Shown here in pieces: positions 50,765-61,799 of a stretch of DNA of 64,000 bases. Source of the DNA: Campylobacterota bacterium (GTDB taxonomy: Bacteria > Campylobacterota > Campylobacteria > Campylobacterales > Sulfurimonadaceae); NCBI GenBank assembly GCA_034661055.1, contig JAYEKO010000015.1, positions 1 to 64,000 of the forward strand, written 5' to 3'. The number at the start of each line of letters is the position of its first letter. The first letter of the stretch is position 1. The position numbers were made by a program, and so were the translations under genes. The notes beneath the pieces were generated by a model. The model was not told the origin of the DNA. It saw nothing but the letters and a program-made list of their open reading frames with translations, and made no database searches.

Positions 50765-51581
50765 CTTCACCTTACTACATGCCACATGGCTTACCACACT
50801 TTTTAGCTCATTTGCTCTACCTCAAGGTGAACTAAAAGGGCAACTTTATGACTTTTCAGAAATTATCTATCGACATCTGCGCTGGGTAGAAAATGCTCTA
50901 TTAAAACAAGACGTTATTATAAGTTACGAACGTCCCAACCTAAACTTTAAATATAATAATATTGGCAATATGATTTCTACATGTAAAATTATGCTTGAAG
51001 GACTATTAGAACAGTATGAAGGTGATGATGAGCTTTCAAAACGTATTTCTGCAGATTTACAATACATAATTTTTGTACTCAGCACCAATTTAACCGACGA
51101 AACACCACTTAAAGCATTCAATCGTGAGCTAAAACTAAGTGACGAAACAGAACTTACTCCTGAAACTATAATGACTTTAGTGACGTTTTTATTTGATGAG
51201 TCCTATAAGGAGTATGAACTTATTGTTATCTACTCTTATGCACAAACACGGATTGACAATCAGCGAATTCATGAAATTTTTCAAATTTTAATTGATGAAT
51301 CAAAATTTCATCTCAAATCTTTTGCACAGATTATGACAGATTTAGGAATTTTAACCATTCCTCGTTTTATAACCTCAGAAATTTATGCCTTTGACTCTTT
51401 AGAGAAATTTCTTCTCGATGGTATTGACGAAGAAGAAGCTGCAAAAGAAGAGTGTCGCGCTATTGCGCAGAGTATTAATCATAAACCATTGCGTAACTTT
51501 TTCAACTTTATTAACACTCAAGAGAGTTACCATATCGCTTTAATGGAAGAAGCATTAGAAATTTTTAGAAACTTAAAATAA
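50751..51581 (+). CDS. ferritin-like (rubrerythrin/di-iron) domain protein
   Basis: ExxH motifs DESKFH and QESYH, EEAAKEE helices. Confidence 0.7.
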   Translation: MNQNNFTLLHATWLTTLFSSFALPQGELKGQLYDFSEIIYRHLRWVENALLKQDVIISYERPNLNFKYNNIGNMISTCKIMLEGLLEQYEGDDELSKRISADLQYIIFVLSTNLTDETPLKAFNRELKLSDETELTPETIMTLVTFLFDESYKEYELIVIYSYAQTRIDNQRIHEIFQILIDESKFHLKSFAQIMTDLGILTIPRFITSEIYAFDSLEKFLLDGIDEEEAAKEECRAIAQSINHKPLRNFFNFINTQESYHIALMEEALEIFRNLK

Positions 51582-51644
51582 GTTTTTCTAATGCTAGACT
51601 GTCGTCAAATCTTGCTTTAAGCACATTTTGTGTAAAATCTTCGA

Positions 51645-52415
51645 ATGCAAAATTCTCATAAAGCCAAAAAACAGTTTGGTCAAAACTTTTTAAAAGATGA
51701 GTCTGTATTGCATCAAATCATCCAATCGATGCCCAATACTGAGCACACCGTTGCCGAAATTGGACCTGGATTAGGTGATTTAACTAAATATTTAGTTGAT
51801 GTCAAAAGTGTTACTGCTTTTGAGGTTGATAAGGACCTTTGCAAGCACCTAAATGATAAATTTGACAAAGAGATCGCAACCAAGCGCCTTCACATTCGTT
51901 GTGGAGATGTATTAGAAGCTTGGCAGAGTGAGCTTTTAGATGAACCCTATGACCTGGTAGCAAACCTACCTTATTATATTGGGACCACAATCATCTTAAA
52001 AGCACTCGCAGATCCAATGTGTAAAAATTTGCTTGTAATGGTTCAAAAAGAGGTGGCGCAGAAATTTGCGGCACAGCCTAGAGAGAAAGTATTTGGCTCC
52101 TTAGGAGTCATTGCGCAGAGTGTTGGAAAGGCTTCAATTGCTATTGAAGTTCCGCCCACTGCCTTTGACCCTATGCCCAAGGTTGATTCTGCAGTCTTAC
52201 TGATTCAAAAAGTAAAAGACCGCAGTGATGCAGAGTTTGAGAAAATGTTAAGATTTGCATTTACTCAACCACGAAAAACCTTAATGAAAAACTTAAGTTC
52301 TCACTACGACAAGGCAACGGTTCAAGCAGCATTTAAGACGCTTGAACTCTCTTTGACCATTCGACCTCATCAAGTAACAACAGCTGACTATCACCAACTC
52401 TATACAATAATATAA
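51645..52415 (+). CDS. rsmA: 16S rRNA A1518/A1519 dimethyltransferase
   Basis: KKQFGQNFL, EIGPGLG, NLPY, PKVDS. Confidence 0.96.
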   Translation: MQNSHKAKKQFGQNFLKDESVLHQIIQSMPNTEHTVAEIGPGLGDLTKYLVDVKSVTAFEVDKDLCKHLNDKFDKEIATKRLHIRCGDVLEAWQSELLDEPYDLVANLPYYIGTTIILKALADPMCKNLLVMVQKEVAQKFAAQPREKVFGSLGVIAQSVGKASIAIEVPPTAFDPMPKVDSAVLLIQKVKDRSDAEFEKMLRFAFTQPRKTLMKNLSSHYDKATVQAAFKTLELSLTIRPHQVTTADYHQLYTII

Positions 52416-52440
52416 ATATTTGATATAACTAGGAGTTTGG

Positions 52441-54363
52441 ATGAACCAAGAAGAAAATAAGAGTGCACAACAACCTGTAGCTCGAACAAGCGAGCCTCTA
52501 AAAGGGCCCAATAAAAATCAACAAAACAGCAATCGATCTCGAAACCCACAAAACCGTAACAGACAAGGCGGTAAACAAGGTGGCAATAAAAACCGTCGTC
52601 GAAATGCTCCAGCACCGGTAGATAAAACACTAAAAGAGTTTGTTACTAAAAACCAAGAGATTCACAAAAATCGCCTTAATCCGCATTTTAAACTAGACCT
52701 AAATTCCAATGCAAAAATTCGCATCACCCCTCTTGGTGGCCTAGGCGAAATTGGTGGTAATATAACTGTTTTTGAGACAGAAAAAGAGGCAATCTTGGTT
52801 GATGTAGGAATGAGTTTTCCTAATGAGGAGATGCATGGTGTTGATATTTTAGTGCCTGACTTTACCTATGTACGTGAGATTCGCAAAAAGATTGTCGCTG
52901 TAATTATTACTCATGCTCATGAAGACCATATTGGTGCAATGCCGTATCTTTACAAAGAGATGCAGTTTCCAATTTACGCTACTCCGCTTCCACTTGCAAT
53001 GATTGGAAATAAATTTGATGAGCACCATCTTAAAGAGCATAGACGCTATTTCAACCCTATTGAAAAACGTAAAGTCTATAAAATTGGTGATGATTTTGAG
53101 ATTGAGTGGATGCATATGACACACTCTATCCTTGATTCTTCATCATTAGCAATTACCACTGCTGCAGGTACGATAATTCATACCGGTGACTTTAAGATTG
53201 ATCACACTCCAGTAGATGGTTACACCGCAGACCTGCACCGATTTGCCGCTTACGGTGAAAAAGGTGTTTTGTGTATGCTTTCAGATTCAACTAACTCGTA
53301 TAACAAAGAGATAACACCTAGTGAGCTAACTGTTGCTCCAGCACTTGATCGCATGTTCACTAAAGCAGAAGGTCGTGTTATCTTATCTACATTTAGCTCC
53401 AATGTACACCGCGTTTATCAAGCAATTCAATATGGAATCAAACACAAAAGAAAAGTCTGTGTTATTGGACGTTCAATGGAGCGAAACCTAGAAGTAACTA
53501 TGCAGTATGACTACATTAGGCTACCAAAAAACATCTTTGTTGATGCCGATGAAGTGAGCCGTATGAATGATAAAGATGTGCTTATTGTCACAACTGGTTC
53601 TCAAGGTGAGCCTAACTCAGCGCTCTTTAGAATGTCTATTGGGGAGCACCGTCATATCAAGATTAAACCAACAGACTTAATCGTCCTCTCTTCTCGTGCT
53701 ATCCCAGGCAATGAGGGTTCAATTTCTGGAATGCTTAATCACCTTCAGCGTGCTGGTGCAAAAGTTGCAAGTGAACGTGATTTACATGTATCTGGGCATG
53801 CAGGTATTGAAGAGCAGAAGCTACTGCTACGTCTCTCTAATCCTAAGTTCTTTTTACCGGTTCATGGTGAATACAATCATATCATGAAGCATAAAGAGAC
53901 AGGAATGGCGTGTGGTATTCCTGAACGTAATATTTTACTTATGACAGATGGCGACTGTATTGAAGTAGGTCCAAAGTTTATGCGCAAAGCCAAAAGCGTT
54001 AAGACAGGTAAGACCTATATTGATAATCAAAATAACCATCAGATAGAAGATGACATTGTCATTGATCGTCAGAAGATGGCTAATGATGGTATTGTAATGA
54101 TTGTTGCACAGGTAAGTGCTACGGATTCTCATATTATCTCAAAACCTCGTGTTACCTCATTTGGTTTGGTTGCTGATAAACAAGATAAAGCTTTTGCAAA
54201 AGAGATGGAAGATATTCTTGAACAATTTATGGTAAACCTAAAAGCAGGTCATATTGAAAACCCTAAAGCGATGGAAAATGATCTACGTCAGGTGGTTCGT
54301 AAACATATCTATAGAAAAATGAAGAAGTATCCTCTCATTGTTCCTAATGTTTTTATAATGTAA
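52441..54363 (+). CDS. rnj: ribonuclease J with low-complexity N-terminal extension
   Basis: PLGGLGEIG, THAHEDHIG, GDFK, HVSGH, PVHGE. Confidence 0.96.
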   Translation: MNQEENKSAQQPVARTSEPLKGPNKNQQNSNRSRNPQNRNRQGGKQGGNKNRRRNAPAPVDKTLKEFVTKNQEIHKNRLNPHFKLDLNSNAKIRITPLGGLGEIGGNITVFETEKEAILVDVGMSFPNEEMHGVDILVPDFTYVREIRKKIVAVIITHAHEDHIGAMPYLYKEMQFPIYATPLPLAMIGNKFDEHHLKEHRRYFNPIEKRKVYKIGDDFEIEWMHMTHSILDSSSLAITTAAGTIIHTGDFKIDHTPVDGYTADLHRFAAYGEKGVLCMLSDSTNSYNKEITPSELTVAPALDRMFTKAEGRVILSTFSSNVHRVYQAIQYGIKHKRKVCVIGRSMERNLEVTMQYDYIRLPKNIFVDADEVSRMNDKDVLIVTTGSQGEPNSALFRMSIGEHRHIKIKPTDLIVLSSRAIPGNEGSISGMLNHLQRAGAKVASERDLHVSGHAGIEEQKLLLRLSNPKFFLPVHGEYNHIMKHKETGMACGIPERNILLMTDGDCIEVGPKFMRKAKSVKTGKTYIDNQNNHQIEDDIVIDRQKMANDGIVMIVAQVSATDSHIISKPRVTSFGLVADKQDKAFAKEMEDILEQFMVNLKAGHIENPKAMENDLRQVVRKHIYRKMKKYPLIVPNVFIM

Positions 54364-54400
54364 TGCTATAATGAGCTTATTTCAAATATAGGATGGGCTC

Positions 54401-55303
54401 ATGCTAGACAATTCTCACTTTAGAGTTCTAATTGTTGATGATGAACGCTTTAATATTGATGTCGTTGTTGGATTTTTAGAGTCTGAGTCTTATAGGCTAT
54501 CTTTTGTTACCAATGGCCAAGATGCTTTAAATGCTGCCTTTTCTAACCCATTCGATCTGATTTTACTCGATATTAATATGCCTGGAATGAATGGGTTTGA
54601 AGTCTGTGAACGTCTTAAGCAAGACAGTGCCACCAAAGAGATACCCATAATTTTTTTAAGTGCTCTTAATGATATTGAGACTATTACCCGCGCATTCTCA
54701 AATGGAGCTGCTGATTACATATCAAAACCTTTTAACGGCTTAGAGTTAATTGCGCGCGTCAAAATACAGATTAATTTGCGACGATATATACTTGAACTCA
54801 TCGATAAGCAGACACGTTTAGCACAGCTAGCTGCCACTGATACACTTACTGGTCTTCCTAATCGACTACGCTTTTTATCAATGCTAAATAAAATAATAGA
54901 TGAGGATCCTAGCAATCTCTGCATGGCATATGTTAAAATAGATCATCTGCATCGATTAAATACTATGTATGGCTACAAGACGTGCGATAAACTCATAGCC
55001 AAAATAGCTAAAATTATACGTGGTAATACACGCAATAGTGATACTGTTGCACGTATATTTGGTTCTGAGTTTGTAATTTTACTACCAAAAACCTCACTTC
55101 AAATGACCGTAGAACTTATTAAGTCTCTGCAAGACATTTTAAGAAAATCAAAAATTATAGATACTCAAGTCAGCTTCTCTATTGGTCTGGCACAATATCA
55201 AGAGAATGAGTCCAGCGAGGCATTCATCTTGCGTACAGAAAAGATCATGGAAGAGGCAATCGAACTTGGTGGTGATATGATCACAAATAAGTTATCTTCT
55301 TAA
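54401..55303 (+). CDS. response regulator with degenerate GGDEF domain (FGSEF)
   Basis: VDD, LLDINMP, KP; DTLTGLPNR; ARIFGSEF. Confidence 0.85.
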   Translation: MLDNSHFRVLIVDDERFNIDVVVGFLESESYRLSFVTNGQDALNAAFSNPFDLILLDINMPGMNGFEVCERLKQDSATKEIPIIFLSALNDIETITRAFSNGAADYISKPFNGLELIARVKIQINLRRYILELIDKQTRLAQLAATDTLTGLPNRLRFLSMLNKIIDEDPSNLCMAYVKIDHLHRLNTMYGYKTCDKLIAKIAKIIRGNTRNSDTVARIFGSEFVILLPKTSLQMTVELIKSLQDILRKSKIIDTQVSFSIGLAQYQENESSEAFILRTEKIMEEAIELGGDMITNKLSS

Positions 55304-55338
55304 AATTTAGATATACTAAGCAATAAAAAGGAGCTTAT

Positions 55339-55959
55339 ATGAAAGTCACTCTTGAGCATCACACCCCATTAGTTATTTGCGCTAGTGCTATACGTACCTG
55401 CTGGCAAAGTTTTGATAAAAGCGATAATGGTGGAGAGAAAGATCGAGAACTCATTGATAGAGTTGGCAATAAATTTAAGCATGCATCTACACTAGAACAT
55501 CTTGTGTATAACTTTTATATTGAAGATATCAGCCGTGCACTACTTCAAGAACTTGCACGTCATCGTATGGCATCACTATCAGTTAAAAGCACTCGCTACA
55601 CGCTTAAAGAACTTAAAGATGAGAGTGAGTTTGGCACTACAGACCTAAAGCGTGCCTCTAAATATTTAGTCTTTACTGATGTTGAGATGGTAGATAAAAT
55701 GAGCATTATGGCGCTCGAGAATCTTCGTGTAGTACTCAATAGCGGTATTGCAAATGATAAGGCTAAATACTGCTTACCTGAGAGCTATAAGACAGAGTTA
55801 ACATGGAGCTGTAATGCCCGTAGTCTGCAAAACTTTATCTCACTACGAAGTGATAAAGCAGCTCTTTGGGAGATTCGTACATTAGCACATGCGCTATTTG
55901 ACGCACTTCCGCAAGATCATCAATATCTTTTTGAAGACAGTTTAAAGAAGTACGCATGA
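55339..55959 (+). CDS. thyX: flavin-dependent thymidylate synthase
   Basis: HASTLEH, RHRMASLSVKSTRY, NARSL. Confidence 0.95.
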   Translation: MKVTLEHHTPLVICASAIRTCWQSFDKSDNGGEKDRELIDRVGNKFKHASTLEHLVYNFYIEDISRALLQELARHRMASLSVKSTRYTLKELKDESEFGTTDLKRASKYLVFTDVEMVDKMSIMALENLRVVLNSGIANDKAKYCLPESYKTELTWSCNARSLQNFISLRSDKAALWEIRTLAHALFDALPQDHQYLFEDSLKKYA

Positions 55960-56192
55960 AAATAGTTTTACTGTTTTCATCTGTTTTAGCATTCCTATAT
56001 AGTGGCTGTAGCTCAAAAAATATGACAGTCAATGGCTTAATATGTCCTGCAGGGCATACTAATGAGTTAATACAGGCTGATTTTCGTGAGTGTTACTATT
56101 ATGATATGAAAGCGATTGAAGTATCTGCTACACCTAAAATAGATGAAGAGTGTCTAAAGTGTCTAGAGGCTAAGGGATATGTGTTAGAGTAA
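55956..56192 (+). CDS. small Cys-rich lipoprotein
   Basis: Lipobox YSGC; ATGA overlap with thyX; four further Cys. Confidence 0.7.
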   Translation: MKIVLLFSSVLAFLYSGCSSKNMTVNGLICPAGHTNELIQADFRECYYYDMKAIEVSATPKIDEECLKCLEAKGYVLE

Positions 56193-56222
56193 TATTTAAG
56201 AGCTTAAAGCTCTTAAATATTA
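56190..56222. terminator. bidirectional hairpin between convergent genes
   Basis: Perfect 15-bp stem TAATATTTAAGAGCT-TAA-AGCTCTTAAATATTA containing both stop codons. Confidence 0.75.
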
Positions 56223-56573
56223 AAGTGCTGCTTTTGCTTGAGTAACCACTGCAGTAAATGTAGCAGCATCATTCATAGCCATATCAGCAAGAATTTTACG
56301 ATCGAGCTCGATGCCAGATTTCTTAAGTCCATTGATAAAGCGAGAATAGCTAATATCATTAAGACGACAAGCTGCATTAATACGGATAATCCATAGTTTA
56401 CGGAACTCACGTTTTTTCTGTTTTCTATCACGGAAAGCATAAACTAAACTACGTTCAATCTGCTCTTTTGCTTTTCTGAAGTGTTTTCTTCTACCGCTGT
56501 AGAAACCTTTTGCTAGCTTTAAAATTTTCTTATGGCGACGTCTACGGACTACACCTGTTTTTACTCTTGGCAT
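56220..56573 (-). CDS. rplT: 50S ribosomal protein L20
   Basis: MPRVKTG..RRRRHKK.LK.AKG; FRKLWI.RINAA. Confidence 0.98.
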   Translation of the reverse strand: MPRVKTGVVRRRRHKKILKLAKGFYSGRRKHFRKAKEQIERSLVYAFRDRKQKKREFRKLWIIRINAACRLNDISYSRFINGLKKSGIELDRKILADMAMNDAATFTAVVTQAKAAL

Positions 56574-56667
56574 TTTTTTCCTTTTTCTTTACTCTTAATG
56601 CTACTGCATTAAAGTGCCGTTTTAAACGGACTTGCCCACAATTACTGTGGAGATTTGGCTCATTAAA

Positions 56668-56859
56668 CTATTGAATCATAGCTTTAATATTTTTTTCGTC
56701 AACTTTAGCAACCAACTTAGGCTTGTTTTGTTTGCGACGAGTTTGAGCATCTTGCTTTGTTAAGATGTGACTTCTATTCGCTGTTCCGCGTTTGATAGAA
56801 CCATTTTTCTTAACTTTAAAACGCTTTGAAGCGCCTTTTACAGATTTCATTTTAGGCAT
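56668..56859 (-). CDS. rpmI: 50S ribosomal protein L35
   Basis: MPKMKSVKGASKRFK..HILTK; start moved to 56859 (AGGAG RBS). Confidence 0.97.
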   Translation of the reverse strand: MPKMKSVKGASKRFKVKKNGSIKRGTANRSHILTKQDAQTRRKQNKPKLVAKVDEKNIKAMIQ

Positions 56860-56991
56860 CGTAAGACTCCTTTGTATAATTCTCAAAAATGAGGTTCGGG
56901 ATTATACCGAAATTTAGATATGAATTCAATTAAAAAGAGAATATTGGTAAATAAGAAGAGTACAGCCCGTTAAGAGAGCTGTAGATATAGG

Positions 56992-57522
56992 CTATTTCTT
57001 TTTATCATCTTTTAGAGGGGTTACTAGCATATTGAAATAGCGTCCCTCAAATTTAGGTGGCTTGTCCATATGTCCAACATCTTCAACCATTGGCCAGACT
57101 TTTAAAAGTACATCTCTACCCGCTTCTGGGTGAGCCATCTCACGACCACGTAAAAAGACACGAAATTTTACAAGTTTTCCAGCTTCTAGGAATTCTCTTG
57201 CATGTTTTACTTTGTAACTAATATCATTATCAGCAATCTTAACTGAGAGTTTGATCTCTTTAATCTCAATTTTTGTCTGATTTTTACGCTGCTCTTTTAA
57301 TTTTTTCTCTTCTTGGTACTTATATTTACCATAATCCATTACTTTTGCAACAGGTGGTTTTGCGTTAGGTGCAATAAGAACAAGATCAAGTCCAAGTTCG
57401 TTAGCTTTATCCATCGCTTCATTAATCGAAACGACTCCTAGTGACTCTTCGCCATCAACATTACAACGAACCTCTGGAACTCTAATGTCATCGTTCATGA
57501 TGACTTGATCTTTTTTACTCAA
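56992..57522 (-). CDS. infC: translation initiation factor IF-3
   Basis: [27 protein letters not shown] start overlapping thrS TGA. Confidence 0.97.
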   Translation of the reverse strand: MSKKDQVIMNDDIRVPEVRCNVDGEESLGVVSINEAMDKANELGLDLVLIAPNAKPPVAKVMDYGKYKYQEEKKLKEQRKNQTKIEIKEIKLSVKIADNDISYKVKHAREFLEAGKLVKFRVFLRGREMAHPEAGRDVLLKVWPMVEDVGHMDKPPKFEGRYFNMLVTPLKDDKKK

Positions 57523-59327
57523 AAATGTACCTCTTTAATTTTTTCTTGAATCATAGCTAAAAACTCTGACTCATTTAAGTTATACTGCTCACGTGTTCTA
57601 CGATCACGCACTGCAACAGTTCTATTTTCAACTTCCTCATCCCCAATGACTATTATCATTGGAACACGACCTTTTTCTGCTGTTCGAATACGCTTGTTTA
57701 AACTCTCGTTTTTGCTAAATATTTCAGAATCTGCTCCAAAATCAATAAGTTTATCACTTAACTCTTTAGCATATTCGTTGTGCGTTTCAGCAATTGGAAC
57801 AATAGCAACCTGCGTTGGAGCGATAAACATCGGAAATTCACCAGCATAATGCTCTGTTAATATACCAATAAAACGCTCAAATGAACCTAAAATAGCTCGA
57901 TGAATCATAACAGGCTGGATTTTACTGTTACTTTCTCCGTTATATTCTAGTTCAAATCGCTCTGGAAGGTTAAAATCTAATTGAATAGTTCCACACTGCC
58001 ACTCACGACCAATAGCATCGGTAATCTTAATATCAATCTTTGGACCGTAAAATGCTCCACCACCTTCATCAATCTCATAAGGCAAACTGTTTGAATCCAT
58101 AGCATTTTTTAGTGCTTGTGTTGAGATATCCCACACTTCGTCACTACCCACTGCTTTTTCTGGTTGTGTTGAGATCATCATCTTGTAATCGAATTCAAAT
58201 GTTTTCATGATTTTATCAACAAAATCTACAACTTCAATAATCTGCTCTTCAATCTGCTCTGATGTACAGAAAATATGGGCATCATCTTGAGTAAACTCAC
58301 GAACACGGAAAAGTCCATGCAGTGCACCTGTCATCTCATGACGATGAACGACACCATATTCAAAGTATTTAATTGGGAGATCACGATATGAACGCAACTC
58401 ATCTTCATAGACTTTAATATGTCCGACACAGTTCATAGGCTTAACACCGAACTCTACCTCATCAATATTGGTAAAGTACATATTTTCGCCATAATTTTGG
58501 TAGTGTCCTGATGTCTTCCAGAGATCAGAACGCAACATCTCAGGGCCACGAACTGGCTCATAACCACGTTTACGGTGTGCTTTATACAGAAGGTCTTCCA
58601 AACGTGCACGAAGGCGTCCGCCTGCAGGTAACCAAATTGGAAACCCTGCACCCACCTCTTCACGAAAGGTAAATAGCTTCATCTGTGCACCAATCTTACG
58701 ATGGTCACGTTTTTCAGCTTCTGCTAACATGGTCATATGATCTTTAAGCGACTCTTTATCTGCAAATGCAATACCGTAAATACGTGTTAACATCTCATTT
58801 TTAGAGTCACCTCCTAAATAAGCGCCTGCTATCTTTAAGAGTTTGAAAAAACGAATTAGCTTTACTGAAGGCAAGTGAGGTCCACGGCATAGATCCTCAA
58901 AATCTCCTTGTTTGTAAATTGAAACCGTCTCATCAGGAATTCGCTTCATTACGGCCAACTTCAAGGGATCATTAGCAAATTTCTCTTTTGCCTCATCCAT
59001 ACTGATCTCATAACGTTGTATCTCATACTTCTTTTTAGCTAAAGAAAGCATCTGTTTTTCGATACGTTTTAGATCACCTTGGCCTATCTCTTCATTGACT
59101 TTAAAGTCATAATAGAAGCCCTCTCTTACAACTGGGCCTACAAAAAACTGTGCATCCGGATAGAGAGATTTGATAGCTTGCGCCATTAAGTGTGCTGTCG
59201 AATGTCGAAGTACCTCTAATGACTCATCTGAATTATCTAAGACTATATCTTCACCGCTAATACCTTTAGCTTGTGCTGTCTGTAAATCAACAATCTCGTT
59301 ATTATGTTTTATTGCTATAGCATCCAC
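57519..59327 (-). CDS. thrS: threonine--tRNA ligase
   Basis: RHSTAHL, DLCRGPH, RDHRKIG, KPMNC, FYGPKID; probable GTG start 59327. Confidence 0.97.
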   Translation of the reverse strand: MDAIAIKHNNEIVDLQTAQAKGISGEDIVLDNSDESLEVLRHSTAHLMAQAIKSLYPDAQFFVGPVVREGFYYDFKVNEEIGQGDLKRIEKQMLSLAKKKYEIQRYEISMDEAKEKFANDPLKLAVMKRIPDETVSIYKQGDFEDLCRGPHLPSVKLIRFFKLLKIAGAYLGGDSKNEMLTRIYGIAFADKESLKDHMTMLAEAEKRDHRKIGAQMKLFTFREEVGAGFPIWLPAGGRLRARLEDLLYKAHRKRGYEPVRGPEMLRSDLWKTSGHYQNYGENMYFTNIDEVEFGVKPMNCVGHIKVYEDELRSYRDLPIKYFEYGVVHRHEMTGALHGLFRVREFTQDDAHIFCTSEQIEEQIIEVVDFVDKIMKTFEFDYKMMISTQPEKAVGSDEVWDISTQALKNAMDSNSLPYEIDEGGGAFYGPKIDIKITDAIGREWQCGTIQLDFNLPERFELEYNGESNSKIQPVMIHRAILGSFERFIGILTEHYAGEFPMFIAPTQVAIVPIAETHNEYAKELSDKLIDFGADSEIFSKNESLNKRIRTAEKGRVPMIIVIGDEEVENRTVAVRDRRTREQYNLNESEFLAMIQEKIKEVHF

Positions 59328-59419
59328 TATATATGTTCCTATATTATGATCACAACAGATCATATAAAATTTTTTTGAAATTATGCCCTGTTTTTACTTT
59401 AAATACTAACTGAAGATGG

Positions 59420-59448
59420 TTTTACATGTAATTTAATTACATGTAAAA
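59420..59448. terminator. hairpin built from two TACATGTA motifs, downstream of the DUF2231-like gene
   Basis: TTTTACATGTAAT-TTA-ATTACATGTAAAA. Confidence 0.6.
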
Positions 59449-59463
59449 ATAGATGCAGAGCAG

Positions 59464-60288
59464 TTAATGAGTTGCATTAACCTCTGTTGTGCTAAGCTCA
59501 ATCTCTGCTCCTGGAAGAGCTACTGTCTCAGCTACAGCTTTCCCTACAGCATCTTGAGGCGCTTCACTGCTAAGATCCTTTTTAACACTCTGCTCAACCT
59601 CTTCTACAGCTTCTAAAGTCGCTCCTGAAACTTCTTTTAGCTCATCAAGTTTATCATGAAGTGCTTCTAATTCTGCTGCATGGGCTGCTTTAAGTGCCTC
59701 TAACTCTTCTAACTCTTGTGTGAACTCATCCATCTCATCTTTAAGGTCATCAATAGTATCTTCTTGTGTTGATACTAGTTTAACATTTGCACCATATTCA
59801 TAAACAAGCTCTCCACCATCTTTGCCTTGTCTCATGCTACCTGCAATAAAGCCTATTAATAAAATTATGAATAAGGACTTTGCCCATCCACGAGATACCA
59901 ACATACTAAATGCTTTCATTGCTGCAAGAATAATAGAAGCATATACTAAATAGGTTCCAATCAGCTTATGCTCTTTTAACTCTGCTTGTCCTGCGCTACT
60001 AAGTAGTGGTCCTGATTCAGAACCGTCAACTTTTCCTGTAAAAAAAGCTGCGAAATAGATAACAACAAGAAGAAGTGTCAAAAATAGTGAAGTCACACTC
60101 ATTGCACGTCGCTTAAACGCTATGTTATCAATCTCTACAGATGATTTAAATAGCAGATTACTAAGCTCTATCAATAGAATAATTACAGGAAGTGCAATAG
60201 CAAAATGCACTGCAATAGGATGTACCAATAAAGGGATCTCAAATGGTAACGCCAACGTAAAAGGAATGTCTAAAGCCGGTAAAGTCAT
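59464..60288 (-). CDS. DUF2231-like heme-binding membrane protein with acidic coiled-coil tail
   Basis: HPIAVHFAIALP, EH..IG, GGELVYEYG. Confidence 0.75.
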   Translation of the reverse strand: MTLPALDIPFTLALPFEIPLLVHPIAVHFAIALPVIILLIELSNLLFKSSVEIDNIAFKRRAMSVTSLFLTLLLVVIYFAAFFTGKVDGSESGPLLSSAGQAELKEHKLIGTYLVYASIILAAMKAFSMLVSRGWAKSLFIILLIGFIAGSMRQGKDGGELVYEYGANVKLVSTQEDTIDDLKDEMDEFTQELEELEALKAAHAAELEALHDKLDELKEVSGATLEAVEEVEQSVKKDLSSEAPQDAVGKAVAETVALPGAEIELSTTEVNATH

Positions 60289-60352
60289 AATGTCTCTCTT
60301 TGTGAAATTTTTTTGATTATACCATTATAACTTTAAAGAATAATAGTAATGT

Positions 60353-61174
60353 TTAAAAATAGTAGCCTACTCGCAAGTTGCTTGAGAGATCACTCGTAGC
60401 ATCAGTAAGGCCTTTTGAGTAAGATAATGTAAAAAACCAGTTATCATTTACTCCATAAAAAAGATAGAGAGAAAGGTTTCGAATTTTCTCAATCTCTTGA
60501 ATAACACTATCAGCATTAAGATAAGATAAACTTGTATAGATATTAGCTTTTAAGTAGTAACCAAGCCCAAAATTAAATGATGATGTATTTTGAAATTTAA
60601 AATAATCAGTATCTTCATCGCCAACAACAGTGTATCCGTAGCCACAAAACAGTGAATAGTTTTGAGCAATATAACTCGCAGTAAATGAAGCAGTATAGTC
60701 GACTTCGTTATAACTGCTTTTTTGAGTTGGAACTGTAGCGCCTAAGCCAAAACGTAAAAAAAGGTTCTCTTCATTAAATGGCCTATAGTTGTAGTACACA
60801 GAGACGGAGGTGTCATTAAAACCCTTGCTATTGCTAGAGCCCTCAACATCCAATGAGTAATATGAGGTGTAAAACTGAGCACTCCAGCTATCTAAAAAAA
60901 GATCTGCTTGAAACGTATTTGTTACTGTCTTAAATTCTCTACTAGTACCATAATCAGCACTATCATAAGCAATACCAAGAATGACATCATAATGTGAAGC
61001 AACAGGGTCAGCATCCATAATTTTGACAATACTACATCCATGCTGATCAATGAGATCAGTTATAGGGGTAGCAGGACATCTATCTTTTTGATCAATGACT
61101 CCATCGAAATCAACATCATCATAAGCAAATATGACCGTACAAACAAAAAAAAGATAGAGTATGCTACGCAACAT
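60353..61174 (-). CDS. outer-membrane beta-barrel protein with N-terminal TSP3-like Ca-binding repeat
   Basis: Signal peptide; DVDFDGVIDQKDRCPATP; terminal GYYF. Confidence 0.7.
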   Translation of the reverse strand: MLRSILYLFFVCTVIFAYDDVDFDGVIDQKDRCPATPITDLIDQHGCSIVKIMDADPVASHYDVILGIAYDSADYGTSREFKTVTNTFQADLFLDSWSAQFYTSYYSLDVEGSSNSKGFNDTSVSVYYNYRPFNEENLFLRFGLGATVPTQKSSYNEVDYTASFTASYIAQNYSLFCGYGYTVVGDEDTDYFKFQNTSSFNFGLGYYLKANIYTSLSYLNADSVIQEIEKIRNLSLYLFYGVNDNWFFTLSYSKGLTDATSDLSSNLRVGYYF

Positions 61175-61181
61175 CTACCCC

Positions 61182-61751
61182 CTAGATTCTATAACTGACT
61201 ATTCTCATATTGTGTCGCATGATGACAGCTCTTGGAAGTGTACTTGCAATATTATTCACAACAGAGCTAGCGGGAACAACTGCTTGTTGTATAACAGTAG
61301 ATTGTGGGATAACAGTACTGTTTTCAGGTCGATTTGGTGTCGTTTGAGCACTAACTATCTGTGCAGTATTAACACTATCTAGAACTTCAGCACCGACAGC
61401 ACCCTTGCTTGGAATAGCAGACGCTACCATTGCAGCGTCCGCTGTCGCTACACTCTGATAGCTATTTAGTATATTATGCTGTCCATTCTGCTCATTAATG
61501 CCACTAGAGGCATCTGATAGAGCAACTACACTATTCTTAGAGGGGCTTTTCACCTGATGTTTCAAAGCGATAATAGCGTGCATGCGCTCTGCTCGACTTA
61601 GTTTTGAAAGCTCTCTTTTAAGTTCATTAACAAATTTGTAACGATCACTATCACTAGCTTTTCTTATTTTAAGAATCTGGTGTTCTATGTCCATTGCGCT
61701 GACGCTATGCAACAAACTTCCTAAAAGCATTAAAACAATCAACTTAAACAA
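61182..61751 (-). CDS. secreted hypothetical protein
   Basis: TTG start with GGAGG RBS, signal peptide, low-complexity tail. Confidence 0.65.
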   Translation of the reverse strand: MFKLIVLMLLGSLLHSVSAMDIEHQILKIRKASDSDRYKFVNELKRELSKLSRAERMHAIIALKHQVKSPSKNSVVALSDASSGINEQNGQHNILNSYQSVATADAAMVASAIPSKGAVGAEVLDSVNTAQIVSAQTTPNRPENSTVIPQSTVIQQAVVPASSVVNNIASTLPRAVIMRHNMRIVSYRI

Positions 61752-61799
61752 CTCACACCTCCTCTTGAAAAAATACTAATAAAACTGCATCCTAATTGC

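Noticed and set aside
59328..59363. Cys-containing N-terminal extension of ThrS (MICCDH...)
   Set aside because: AGGA RBS fits GTG at 59327; the extension is probably untranslated leader
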